NCBI GenBank assembly: GCA_964019425.1
Contig: OZ025788.1
Coordinates: forward strand, 1,116,001-1,180,000
Reading direction: 5' to 3'
DNA length: 64,000 nucleotides
From: Flectonema sp. DT1601
Lineage: Eukaryota
Shown: in pieces, positions 1 through 11,430 of the stretch
Layout: each line of letters begins with the position of its first letter
How positions within the stretch are numbered: the stretch's first letter is position 1
The notes under the pieces: generated by a model
What the model was told of the DNA's origin: nothing
Database searches by the model: none
What the model saw: only the letters and a program-made list of their open reading frames with translations
Program-made: the position numbers and the translations under genes

Positions 1-19
1 AAAAAAAAAAAAAAAAAAA

Positions 20-730
20 AGGAATAAACAATGTTATCATTGTTTTTTTTTTATCGATCGACTATGTCGATTACTTTCTATTTTCCGCCCTGGTCAAGAC
101 GCTAAACTGATTGTTTTTTCTTTAAAATAATTAAAAGGATTTAAAAAAAAAAAAAAAAAAAAAAAGAATAAACAATGTTATCATTGTTTTTTTTCTATCG
201 ATCGACTATGTCGATCACTTTCAATTTTCCGTCCTGGTCAGGTCGCTAAACTGATTGTTTCTTCTTTAAAAATAAATAAAAAGAATAAAAAAAAAAAAAA
301 AAAAAAAGGAATAAACAATGTTATCATTGTTTTTTTTCTATCGATCGACTATGTCGATCACTTTCAATTTTCCGTCCTGGTCAGGACGCTAAACTGATTG
401 TTTTTTCTTTAAAAATAAATAAAAAGAATAAAAAAAAAAAAAAAAAAAAAAAAGAATAAACAATGTTATCATTGTTTTTTTTCTATCGATCGACTATGTC
501 GATTAATTTCTATTTTCCGTCCTGATCGAGACGCTAAACTGATTGTTTCCCTTTTTTAAATAATAAATAAAAAAAAAAAAAAAAAAAAAAGAATAAACAA
601 TGTTATCATTGTTTTTTTTCTATCGATCGACTATGTCGATTAATTTCTATTTTCCGTCCTGATCGAGACGCTAAACTGATTGTTTCCCTTTTTTAAATAA
701 TAAATAAAAAAAAAAATAAAAAAAAAAAAA
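20..730 (+). repeat. Triple-hairpin tandem array, copy 1 (~5 units)
   Basis: Recurrent unit gaataaacaatgttatcattgttt(T)n-atcgatcgactatgtcgat-..-ttccgtcctggtcaagacgctaaactgattg, separated by A-runs. Confidence 0.95.
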
Positions 731-738
731 AAAAAAAA

Positions 739-1133
739 GAGCATCTCCCTGCTATCCTCATATCCCCACAATAATATTATACCTTTTCATTTTCTCTTTC
801 CTTTTCTGGTCTTTTTTTTTTCTTTTTTTCCTTTTTCATACAACATTTTTTATTTATATTTTATTTTTTTTTTTTTTTTTCATGTTTGATTATTTCCTCT
901 TCATATTTTTTTTCTATTCTTTCTTTTTTTTTTTTTTTTTTTTTTCTCTACCTCTCTCTTAATTCTGTTCGTTTCTTTGAAACGAAAATTCATTTGAATA
1001 TTATTCCTTGGTCAGCAACCATCATTGTCGCCCTTTGGGCCTGTTAAAAAAAAAAAAAAATAAAAAGAAAGTTTACATCGGGAATAGGGCAGGAGCCAAA
1101 AGCTCCCAGTCCGTTACTTCCCACCTTTTCGAA
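739..1133 (-). mobile_element. 3' UTR module of the RLE non-LTR element (5'-truncated copy)
   Basis: Near-identical to 5692-6013, which directly follows the stop codon of the 6016-7743 ORF. Confidence 0.85.
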
Positions 1134-1134
1134 C

Positions 1135-1543
1135 TTCGACTGTAACATTTTTACTATTGAAGTTGGCGTACGAGGAAACATCTGCATGGACCAGCTGAAC
1201 ATCTGGACACGTCACATCGGTTCACCTTTAGCACCAACAAAAGCTTTATTTTGTGAATGCACCAGAATCGCCAGACAGTGCTCATATGTTCTGTTCCAGA
1301 CGAGGAACCTCCCCACGTGGCATTCAAGACCACTAATGCGCAGCATTAAAGAAGAACCTGCCACTGCAAGTTTTATAAAAGATGGTAAAGAAATCTTCCC
1401 TGTAGAAGAAGTCAAAATCCACAAAGTAACAAAACTGAAAACGATCGAAAAGCTCACCATTGAAAGATCGTGGCTTGAGAAATGTTTTATCTGGCAAACT
1501 TGTTACGCATCGGCTCTTTCTATTCTACTTATTGCCAATGGTT
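1135..1543 (+). pseudogene. Fragment of the RLE ORF (endonuclease C-half, ..IFTIEVGVRG..IANGS), opposite orientation to the main copy
   Basis: Reverse complement of ~6711-7120; translation identical to the 575-aa ORF up to IANGS, then runs into the array. Confidence 0.92.
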
Positions 1544-3130
1544 CCGTCCTGGTCAAGACGCTAAACTGATTGTTTTTTTTTTCAAAATTAATAAAAAAGA
1601 ATATAAAAAAAAATAAAAAAAAAAAGAATAAACAATGTTATCATTGTTTTTTTTTTATCGTTCGACTTTGTCGACTAATTTCTATTTTCCGTTTCTTTTC
1701 TTTAAAGAATAAATAAAAAGAATTTAAAATAAAAAAAAAAAAATAAACAATGTTATCATTGTTTTTTTATCGATCGACTATGTCGATCACTTTCTATTTT
1801 CCGTCCTGGTCAAGACGCTAAACTGATTGTTTTTTTTTTTTCAAAATTAATAAAAAAGAATATAAAAAAATACAAAAAAAAGAATAAACAATGTTATCAT
1901 TGTTTTTTTTATCGTTCGACTTTGTCGACTAATTTCTATTTTCCGTTTTTTTTTTTCTTTAAAAAATAAATAAAAAGAATTTAAAATAAAAAAAAAGAAT
2001 AAACAATGTTATCATTGTTTTTTTATCGATCGACTATGTCGATCACTTTCTATTTTCCGTCCTGGTTAAGACGCTAAACTGATTGTTTTTTTTTCAAAAT
2101 TAATAAAAAAGAATATAAAAAAAAAAAAAAAAAAAGGAAAAACAATGTTATCATTGTTTTTTTTTATCGTTCGACTTTGTCGACTAATTTCTATTTTCCG
2201 TTTCTTTTCTTTAAAGAATAAATAAAAAGAATTTAAAATAAAAAAAAAGAATAAACAATGTTATCATTGTTTTTTTTTATCGATCGACTATGTCGATCAC
2301 TTTCTATTTTCCGTCCTGGTCAAGACGCTAAACTGATTGTTTTTTTTTTCAAAATTAATAAAAAAGAATATAAAAAAATACAAAAAAAAGAATAAACAAT
2401 GTTATCATTGTTTTTTTTTATCGTTCGACTTTGTCGACTAATTTCTATTTTCCGTTTTTTTTTTTTCTTTAAAAAATAAATAAAAAGAATTTAAATTAAA
2501 AAAAAAGAATAAACAATGTTATCATTGTTTTTTTATCGATCGACTATGTCGATCACTTTCTATTTTCCGTCCTGGTCAAGACGCTAAACTGATTGTTTTT
2601 TTTTCAAAATTAATAAAAAAGAATATAAAAAAATACAAAAAAAGAATAAACAATGTTATCATTGTTTTTTTTATCGTTCGACTTTGTCGACTAATTTCTA
2701 TTTTCCGTTTTTTTTTCTTTAAAAAATAAATAAAAAGAATTTAAAATAAAAAAAAAAGAATAAACAATGTTATCATTGTTTTTTTTTTATCGTTCGACTT
2801 TGTCGACTAATTTCTATTTTCCGTTTTTTTTCTTTAAAAAATAAATAAAAAGAATTTAAAATAAAAAAAAAAGAATAAACAATGTTATCATTGTTTTTTT
2901 TTATCGATCGACTATGTCGATTACTTTCTATTTTCCGTCCTGGTCAAGACGCTAAACTGATTGTTTTTTTTTTTCAAAATAAAAAAAATATTAAAAAAAA
3001 AAATAAAAAAAAAAGAATAAACAATGTTATCATTGTTTTTTTTTATCGTTCGACTTTGTCGACTAATTTCTATTTTCCGTTTTTTTTTTTTTTTCTTTAA
3101 AAAATAAATAAAAAGAATTTAAAATAAAAA
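1543..3130 (+). repeat. Triple-hairpin tandem array (~12 units, alternating long A and short B units)
   Basis: A units carry cgtcctggtcaagacg; B units carry atcgttcgactttgtcgac and lack the third hairpin. Confidence 0.95.
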
Positions 3131-3135
3131 AATAA

Positions 3136-4215
3136 GGGTAAAGGGGTCTTTCCTACACAAATAGTTTCAGAACGGCCATTCATTACAAAATCCAAAATGG
3201 CTGTAAACCGTCCAGTTCGATCCTGGGTGAGGGCATTTTTTTTTTTCCTGGATTTTTTTTTCAGGTTGGACTTTGTACGGGGGAGGTTGGCTTTTATTAG
3301 TGGCTCCCCCCCCTTGGGGGGGGTTGGGGGGGGGGCTTGCGTTCCGCCAAGAATTTGGCGGACGCAAGTCCCCCCTTGCACTCTTCCCCAGCTTAACATC
3401 CATTAGTAGCAAACTTGTTTTTTGAGGTCGGACTTTGTACGGGAGAGGTTGGCTTTTATTAGTGGCTCCCCCCCCTTGCACTCTTCCCAGCTTAATATCC
3501 ATTACTGCAACTGGAAATATTACTGCGCGGAAAAAACCGCACTAATTTCCAAATCTGCAAAAAACCGCACTAATTTTTCCACGCAGTAATATTTCCACCG
3601 CACTAATATTTCTGCTCAGAAGTGATTTTTTCTCCAGATGCATTTTTCTGCTGGTGCCTTACACAGCAAAAAAAGCAACCAAATTTTTTTCTACCACCAA
3701 GTGGAAAAAACCGCACTAATCTTTTCTCAAAAAAACCGCACTAATTTTTCCGCGCAGTAATATTTCCCCGCAGTAATTATTCAGCGCAGTAATATTTCCA
3801 GTTGCAGTAGTAGCAAATTTGTTTTTTGAGGTTGGACTTTGTACGGGACAGGCAGACTTTGTACGGGAGAGGTTGGCTTTTATTAGTGGCTCCCCCCCCT
3901 TGGGGGGGGTTGGGGGGGGGGCTTGCTTTCCGCCAAGTTCTTGGCGGAACGCAAGCCCCCCCTTGCACTCTTCCCAGCTTAATACCCGTTCTGGGGTGAA
4001 AAAATCCGGTGAAAAAAAAATGACGTTGGTCGGGTTTGAGCCTGGGCGTCGGGTATCCAAAGTCAGTGCTCCCTCCTCTGAACCACATCCGCTCTTAAAT
4101 ACAGCTGGGGGTCTCGATGCATCCCGTATATGGTTTTTCGGGCCCCCCAGCCATTTTGGATTTTGTAATAAACGCCCGTTCTGAAACTATTTGTGTAGTA
4201 AACGCTAGTTTGCCC
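3136..4215. mobile_element. Non-autonomous TIR element (Mutator/MULE-like MITE, ~1.08 kb) inserted in the array
   Basis: Imperfect ~68-bp TIRs (gggtaaa..ctacacaaatagtttcagaacgg..tacaaaatccaaaatggctg, 3136-3203, vs 4148-4215); GGG/CCC ends; flanking 9-bp duplication aaaaaataa (low complexity); no transposase. Confidence 0.8.
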
Positions 4216-4229
4216 AAAAAATAAAAAAA

Positions 4230-5690
4230 AAAAGAATAAACAATGTTATCATTGTTTTTTTATCGATCGACTATGTCGATTACTTTCTATTTTCCGTCCT
4301 GGTCAAGACGCTAAACTGATTGTTTTTTCTTTGAAATTAATAAAAAAGAATATAAAAAAAGTACAAAAAAAAGATTAAACAATGTTATCATTGTTTTCTT
4401 TTTATCGTTCGACTTTGTCGACTAATTTCTATTTTCCGTTTTTTTTTTCTTTGAAAAATAAATAAAAAGAATTTAAAATAAAAAAAAAAGAATAAACAAT
4501 GTTATCATTGTTTTTTTTTATCGATCGACTATGTCGATTACTTTCTATTTTCCGTCCTGGTCAAGACGCTAAACTGATTGTTTTTTTTTTTTTTCAAAAT
4601 AAAAAAAATATTAAAAAAAAAAAAAATAAAAAAAAAAGAATAAACAATGTTATCATTGTTTTTTTTTATCGTTCGACTATGTCGACTAATTTCTATTTTC
4701 CGTTTTTTTTTTTTTCTTTAAAAAATAAATAAAAAGAATTTAAAATAAAAAAATAAAAAAAAAAAGAATAAACAATGTTATCATTGTTTTTTTATCGATC
4801 GACTATGTCGATCACTTTCTATTTTCCGTCCTGGTCAAGACGCTAAACTGATTGTTTTTTTTTCAAAATTAATAAAAAGGAATATAAAAAAATACAAAAA
4901 AAAGAATAAACAATGTTATCATTGTTTTTTTTTATCGTTCGACTTTGTCGACTAATTTCTATTTTCCGTTTTTTTTTTTCTTTAAAAAATAAATAAAAAG
5001 AATTTAAAATAAAAAAAAAAGAATAAACAATGTTATCATTGTTTTTTTATCGATCGACTATGTCGATTACTTTCTATTTTCCGTCCTGGTCAAGACGCTA
5101 AACTGATTGTTTTTTTTTTCAAAATTAATAAAAAAGAATATAAAAAAAAATAAAAAAAAAAAGAATAAACAATGTTATCATTGTTTTTTTTTTATCGTTC
5201 GACTTTGTTGACTAATTTCTATTTTCCATTTTTTTTCTTTTTAAAAATAAATAAAAAGAATTTAAAATAAAAAAAAAAGAATAAACAATGTTATCATTGT
5301 TTTTTTTATCTATCGACTATGTCGATTACTTTCTATTTTCCGTCCTGGTCAGGACGCTAAACTGATTGTTTTTTCTTTAAAAATAAATAAAAAGAATAAA
5401 AAAAAAAAAAAAAGGAATAAAAAATGTTATCATTGTTTTTTTTTTATCGATCGACTATGTCGATTACTTACTATTTTCCGTCCTGGTCAAGACGCTAAAC
5501 TGATTGTTTTTTCTTTAAAAAATAAATAAAAAAAAAAAAAAAAAAAAAAAAAGAATAAACAATGTTATCATTGTTTTTTTTCTATCGATCAACTATGTCG
5601 ATTACTTTCTATTTTCCGTCCTGATCGAGACGCTAAACTGATTGTTTCCTTTTTTTAAATAATAAATAAGAAAAAAAAAAAAAAAAAAAA
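4230..5690 (+). repeat. Triple-hairpin tandem array (~11 units), continuation of 1543-3130
   Basis: Same unit; the last unit is the cgtcctgatcgagacg variant abutting the 3' UTR module. Confidence 0.95.
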
Positions 5691-5691
5691 A

Positions 5692-7746
5692 AGAGCATCT
5701 CCCTGCTATCCCTCATATCCCCACAATAATATTATACCTTTTCATTTTCTCTTTCCTTTTCTGGTCTTTTTTTTTCTTTTTTTTTCCTTTTTCATACAAC
5801 GTTTTTTATTTATATATTTTTTTTTTTTTTTTTTCTCTGCCTCTCTCTTAATTCTGTTCGTTTCTTTGAAACGAAAATTCATTTGAATATTATTCCTTGG
5901 TCAGCAACCATCATTGTCGCCCTTTGGGCCTGTTAAAAAAAAATAAAAAATAAAAAGAAAGTTTACATCGGGAATAGGGCAGGAGCCAAAAGCTCCCAGT
6001 CCGTTACTTCCCACTTTATCGAAATTCACTTTCTCTTTCCTCATTACATTTGGTCTCCAATTCGTTCGACAGAAGAACAAACCTTTGATGGTAATTGAAA
6101 AGCGCCATTTCCGATAGGTCTGCCTTCTGAGTCAGATTTGCGAGCTCACGTTTCCTGTAATCTTCCACTAAGTCATATTGACGAACTAGTGCAGAAAGAG
6201 AAGTCTTCGATTCATCGCGTTCTGCTGTTAACCGTTGAATTACTCCTTCCAGAAGTTCATATTCTTTTCTATCTTTTTCAATAATTAAAACAGGGGGCGC
6301 AGGAGGAAGTGAGGATGGATCCTGGTTGGTAGCTTTGATCTCAACAGGTAATCCGTTTAGTAACTGCTTGTCTTTCTCGAGGGAGGCTGACATCGCATTA
6401 AAGTAAAATAAAAATAGAACATAAAAAATTCGTTCTTTCATTTGTTCTAATTCGTTTTCTAAAATCTGGCATTTCAAGGAAAGTTTCAGCCTTAATCTTC
6501 CTTTTTTTTCTTTGTACAAGGGGGTTTGAGAACCAATGTCAGATTGACATCTTAACACCATAGCAAAATCAGTAGGGAGTGTTTGCGATCCCGTTGACGT
6601 GAGTTCAGGTGGGGGAGTCTGGAAAGAGATGGAAGAAATAGAAGAGAATGACAAGGAGAGTCCAGTGAGCTCATCCTCATCTAACAAAACAGAAGGGGCC
6701 GGGGAGGAAGAACCATTGGCAATAAGTAGAATAGAAAGAGCCGATGCGTAACAAGTTTGCCAGATAAAACATTTCTCAAGCCACGATCTTTCAATGGTGA
6801 GCTTTTCGATCGTTTTCAGTTTTGTTACTTTGTGGATTTTGACTTCTTCTACAGGGAAGATTTCTTTACCATCTTTTATAAAACTTGCAGTGGCAGGTTC
6901 TTCTTTAATGCTGCGCATTAGTGGTCTTGAATGCCACGTGGGGAGGTTCCTCGTCTGGAACAGAACATATGAGCACTGTCTGGCGATTCTGGTGCATTCA
7001 CAAAATAAAGCTTTTGTTGGTGCTAAAGGTGAACCGATGTGACGTGTCCAGATGTTCAGCTGGTCCATGCAGATGTTTCCTCGTACGCCAACTTCAATAG
7101 TAAAAATGTTACAGTCGAAGCCATTAGCGATGATCGAGTCTCTTAGCTTTAGGTATTTCTTTTCCTTTAAGACATGAGAGGTTTCGAAACGATCTTCATT
7201 TGGACACGTCAGCTCCAGAATCAGTGCTCTTTTCGCAAAAAAAGAATAAATAAAAATGTCTGGTCTTAGAGAGGACGAGACATGGCACACTTCAAGAGGA
7301 ACAATTAGGCGGTTATCACCGACATCGTCGAGGATGACCAAATCATTCGCTAGTGAAAGTTCGCCTGTCTCTTTAGAAATTCTTTCTAGGGGTTTATTTT
7401 CCCCTGTTTTTAAAAAAGTTTTAGAGGGAGGCGGGAGGTTTTCTTTTCTTTTGTTGGCTTTTATTATCAACTCTTCCAAGAAGATAACAATGCGTTTTAG
7501 AACGCTGTCATGACGCCACGTGAACCTCCCTTGTGTTAAAGAGACAGGACAGCCTGTTAAGACATGCCTGAGGGTAGGATTCACTTTGCCACACAATACA
7601 CAATTTTGGTCCACGTTGGTGATGTTCCACCTCTTTAAATTATCTTGTGAGGGGAGGGTGTTTGTAACCGCTTTCAGTTGAAATGAGATATAGGCAGGAT
7701 TTCCCTCCCTAAGTACCTTATTCCAGGTGAAATCGTTTATCATACA
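5692..7746 (-). mobile_element. 5'-truncated RLE-clade non-LTR retrotransposon (HERO/R2-group-like) with 3' UTR
   Basis: Zinc knuckle + RLE ORF followed by a ~320-bp module that recurs at 739-1124, 9203-9323 and 10846-11207. Confidence 0.85.
6016..7743 (-). CDS. Non-LTR retrotransposon C-terminal region: CCHC zinc knuckle + restriction-like (PD-(D/E)xK) endonuclease + ~300-aa extension; RT absent
   Basis: Motifs LPSQDNLKRW, CVLC-x8-H-x4-C, FTWRHDSVL, RPDI..LILELTCP.E, K..KY..L, IEVGVRG. Confidence 0.88.
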   Translation of the reverse strand: MINDFTWNKVLREGNPAYISFQLKAVTNTLPSQDNLKRWNITNVDQNCVLCGKVNPTLRHVLTGCPVSLTQGRFTWRHDSVLKRIVIFLEELIIKANKRKENLPPPSKTFLKTGENKPLERISKETGELSLANDLVILDDVGDNRLIVPLEVCHVSSSLRPDIFIYSFFAKRALILELTCPNEDRFETSHVLKEKKYLKLRDSIIANGFDCNIFTIEVGVRGNICMDQLNIWTRHIGSPLAPTKALFCECTRIARQCSYVLFQTRNLPTWHSRPLMRSIKEEPATASFIKDGKEIFPVEEVKIHKVTKLKTIEKLTIERSWLEKCFIWQTCYASALSILLIANGSSSPAPSVLLDEDELTGLSLSFSSISSISFQTPPPELTSTGSQTLPTDFAMVLRCQSDIGSQTPLYKEKKGRLRLKLSLKCQILENELEQMKERIFYVLFLFYFNAMSASLEKDKQLLNGLPVEIKATNQDPSSLPPAPPVLIIEKDRKEYELLEGVIQRLTAERDESKTSLSALVRQYDLVEDYRKRELANLTQKADLSEMALFNYHQRFVLLSNELETKCNEERESEFR

Positions 7747-7900
7747 TTTTATAACTTCACATAGGTACTATGAACGATGAGAGATCCAGTGGGATCACTC
7801 AGGGTCTAGTAGAGACCACCAATGTTGTGCGTTGATAGGCAAGGTGATCAACCTTGACATTCTTTCTTTTCTCTCCTGTTGTGACAAACACAAAATACAC
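7747..7900 (+). repeat. Dispersed multi-hairpin module Z (partial)
   Basis: Matches 8922-9076 directly and ~11917-12072 inverted. Confidence 0.9.
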
Positions 7901-8085
7901 TCTAAGTGAGAAATACTTAAAAGTTGCTAAGTATTTCTCACTTAGAAATTTTTTATTTTTTTATTTTCAGCTTAATTAGCTACAAATTGTTTCTACTAAG
8001 TGTTTCTCACTTAGATTCTTTTTTTGCTTTTCAGCTCCTTAAAAGCTGCTAAGTGTTTCTGCTAAGTGTTTCTCACTTAGAATTT
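7901..8085. repeat. 19-bp perfect inverted repeat plus short ctaagtgtttctcacttag repeats
   Basis: tctaagtgagaaatactta/taagtatttctcacttaga at 7901-7946; motif recurs near 7996 and 8062. Confidence 0.85.
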
Positions 8086-8202
8086 TATTGTTATGTTCGT
8101 TTTCTATCCCTTCTCCTATCCCTTTTGTTCAAAATAAGCGGGAGGAAATTCTCTCATTCACGCTAAGATGCACTCTGAACTTTGATTTTTTGATCTGAGT
8201 GT

Positions 8203-9202
8203 GAGGGAATGACCTGTTAGTGCATTGGGCATAGGCTGGGCTGCAGTTTAGATGTCTTAGGTGTTAATACGGGGTTCCTCTTAGCATTTTTCTTTGTTCC
8301 CACCTTATGATTTTCTTGAAGAAAAAAAATAGAAGTCATAATGGTGCTTCCCTCTGGAAGGGTTGTAAGCCATGGTGTCCAACTAGATTAAAGGACAAGT
8401 CTGGGATAATCCCTGCCAGAGGGGCGAGTATTCTACCATGGTTGAAATACTCTGGCAACTGATCTTCAATTTTATGTTGTTTGTTAGCTGCTGGTGTATC
8501 TTGATTATGTGTTGATACTTGCATTTTTTTATTTGTAATCTTCTATTACAATCCTCTTTCTGTTCTGGTCTGTTACTTCATTTGTCTTGTTTAACTTCAG
8601 TTATATCCATTTTACTTTTTATTGTTTCCCATCTACTTTTTATTTTCTATTAGTTCTGGTCAGAAACTCCTGGGCAGCAAGAAGGAAAGCAGTTTAGTAC
8701 TTCTGGGTGTTTGGCATCACCCCCCATAGTGAGCAAGTACAACAGGTAGCATTGGTAGTCTGTTGATCCTGAGTGATCCCAGCTACAGTTTTGTTTTTCT
8801 TTCTTTTTTTTAGAAGAAGATCAGGACATCCAAGCACTGCTGGATAGTTGCTGAATGCAGGGCCTGCCTGTGGCATTATAATAACAGGCTAAGTCATTTG
8901 TAGTTCATAGTTTACCTTTGATTTTATAACTTCACACAGGGTACTATGAACGATGAGAGATCCAGTGGGATCACTCAGGGTCTAGTAGAGACCACCAATG
9001 TTGTGCGTTGATAGGCAAGGTGACCAACCTTGACATTCTTTCTTTTCTCTCCTGTTGTGACAAACACAAAATACACACACAGCTTACAGTGTGTTCTTTG
9101 TGTATGTTTTCTTCAGGTGTGAGTAGTTTTTTTGTTCTTGCTCTTCAGGGAGGGCCTTAGCCAAAAGCTAACAGTCCAAATCTCATCTGGAAATTCAACT
9201 CA
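8203..9202 (+). repeat. Modules V (8203-8300), W (8371-8886) and Z (8889-9202), repeated in inverted form at 11.8-13.7 kb
   Basis: Reverse-complement matches at 13610-13703, 12788-13303 and 11791-12104 respectively. Confidence 0.9.
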
Positions 9203-10446
9203 AAAAACGTTGTATGAAAAAGGAAAAAAAAGAAAAAAAAAAAAAAAAGACCAGAAAAGGAAAGAGAAAATGAAAAGGTATAATATTATTGTGGGGATAT
9301 GAGGGATAGCAGGGAGATGCTCTTTTTTTTTTTTTTTTTTTTTATTTATTATTTAAAAAAAGGAAACAATCAGTTTAGCGTCTCGATCAGGACGGAAAAT
9401 AGAAATTAATCGAAAGTAATCGACATAGTCGATCGATAAAAAAAACAATGATAACATTGTTTATTCCTTTTTTTTTTTTTTTTTTTATTCTTTTTATTTA
9501 TTTTTAGAGAAAAAACAATCAGTTTAGCGTCCTGACCAGGACGGAAAATAGAAAGTAATCGACATAGTCGATCGATAGAAAAAAAAACAATGATAACATT
9601 GTTTATTCTTTTTTTTTATTTTTTTATTCTTTTTATTTATTTTTAAAAAAAAAACAATCAGTTTAGCGTCTTGACCAGGACGGAAAATAGAAAGTGATCG
9701 ACATAGTCGATCGATAAAAAAAAAAACAATGATAACATTGTTTATTCTTTTTTTTTTTATTTTTTTATTTTAAATTCTTTTTATTTATTTTTTAAAGAAA
9801 AAAAAAAAATGGAAAATAGAAATTAGTCAACAAAGTCGAACGATAAAAAAAAACAATGATAACATTGTTTATTCTTTTTTTTTATTTTTTTTATATTCTT
9901 TTTTATTAATTTTGAAAAAAAAACAATCAGTTTAGCGTCTTGACCAGGACGGAAAATAGAAAGTAATCGACATAGTCGATCGATAAAAAAAAAACAATGA
10001 TAACATTGTTTATTCTTTTTTTTTAATTTAAATTCTTTTTATTTATTTTTTAAAGAAAAAAAACGGAAAATAGAAATTAGTCGACAAAGTCGAACGATAA
10101 AAAAAAACAATGATAACATTGTTTATTCTTTTTTTTGTATTTTTTTATATTCCTTTTTATTAATTTTGAAAAAAAAACAATCAGTTTAGCGTCTTGACCA
10201 GGACGGAAAATAGAAAGTAATCGACATAGTCGATCGATAAAAAAACAATGATAACATTGTTTATTCCTTTTTTTTTTTTTTTTTTTTATTCTTTTTATTT
10301 ATTTTTAGAGAAAAAACAATCAGTTTAGCGTCCTGACCAGGACGGAAAATAGAAAGTAATCGACATAGTCGATCGATAAAAAAACAATGATAACATTGTT
10401 TATTCTTTTTTTTTTTTTTTTATTCTTTTTATTTATTTTAAAAAAA
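9203..10446 (+). mobile_element. 5'-truncated element copy: partial 3' UTR (9203-9323) + inverted triple-hairpin array (~8 units)
   Basis: Reverse complement of ~5692-5805 followed by reverse-complemented array units. Confidence 0.85.
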
Positions 10447-10845
10447 GAGTTTTTCTGCAGCAGAAACGTCGATGTCCTTCCATTCAGTTCCAAAAGATCG
10501 GAATTTGAGACGAGACGGGTGTAACGGGGTAAAAGTGGGTGTTGTAGAGTTATAAGGAACGAAAGCTGTTTGTGAAGTTTTAAAATCTACAGATTCTCCT
10601 ACAAAGGGAGGTTCCAGGTCTGAATTATTCCCTGTGAGGGGAGACAGAGGTGTACCTTTACATGTACCGTTAGCACAGTGTTTCGCTCTCGTAGCGATAC
10701 TTTTGAAAAGCTTACCACATTCTGGACAAGGTAAGTGGTAACAATCTTTAACTTGGGAGTGGGTAGATGGGGGAAAACGTGACTTATAGTCCTTAAATTC
10801 CTTACTAAACTTACAGTTACGTCTAAAATGCGCAACTGGACCTTT
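10447..10845 (-). pseudogene. N-terminal fragment of a non-LTR element ORF with zinc finger (no start codon, so missing from the ORF track)
   Basis: Stop-free frame KGPVAHFRRNC..LPCPECGKLFKSIATRAKHCANGTC..HPSRLKFRSFGTEWKDID; C-x2-C-x12-H finger; RLKF..EW..D resembles the pre-RT motif of HERO-like elements. Confidence 0.7.
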
Positions 10846-11430
10846 GAATTTCGATAAAGTGGGAAGTAACGGACTGGGAGCTTTTGGCTCCTGCCCTATT
10901 CCCGATGTAAACTTTCTTTTTATTTTTTATTTTTTTTAACAGGCCCAAAGGGCGACAATGATGGTTGCTGACCAAGGAATAATATTCAAATGAATTTTCG
11001 TTTCAAAGAAACGAACAGAATTAAGAGAGAGGCAGAGAAAAAAAAGAAAAAAAAGAAAGAAAAGAAAAAAGAAAAAAAATATATAAATAAAAAAACGTTG
11101 TATGGAAAAGGAAAAAAAAAAAAAAAAAAAAAAGACCAGAAAAGGAAAGAGAAAATGAAAAGGTATAATATTATTGTGGGGATATGAGGGATAGCAGGGA
11201 GATGCTCTTTTTTTTTTTATTTATTTTTTTTTTTTTTTATTTATTATTTAAAAAAAAGGAAACAATCAGTTTAGCGTCTCGATCAGGACGGAAAATAGAA
11301 ATTAATCGACATAGTCGATCGATAGAAAAAAAAAACAATGATAACATTGTTTATTCTTTTTTTTTTTTTTTTTTTTTAAATCCTTTTAATTATTTTAAAG
11401 AAAAAACAATCAGTTTAGCGTCTCGATCAG
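10846..11430 (+). mobile_element. 5'-truncated element copy (last codons EFR* + 3' UTR + ~1.5 array units) inserted antisense in a zinc finger
   Basis: Starts gaatttcgataaagtgggaagtaacgg (the ORF end); flanked by two halves of one C-x2-C..H..C finger. Confidence 0.8.

Noticed and set aside
3156..4195. Tc1/mariner-type reading of the MITE with TA duplication
   Set aside because: Inverted similarity extends 20 bp further to GGG/CCC ends with a 9-bp duplication, so the Mutator-like reading is preferred.
2882..4732. Short ORFs in the array and MITE
   Set aside because: Low-complexity translations of repeats.
1..5690. CRISPR-like array
   Set aside because: Units are separated only by variable-length A/T runs; there are no unique spacers and no cas-like genes.
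7797..7815. cagggtctagta resembling the trypanosomatid Pr77 ribozyme signature as I recall it
   Set aside because: The upstream pairing strand and the rest of the HDV-like fold are not evident.
9325..10440. Tandem hammerhead ribozymes (ggacg-gaaa in each unit)
   Set aside because: No CTGANGA core in the required position on either strand.
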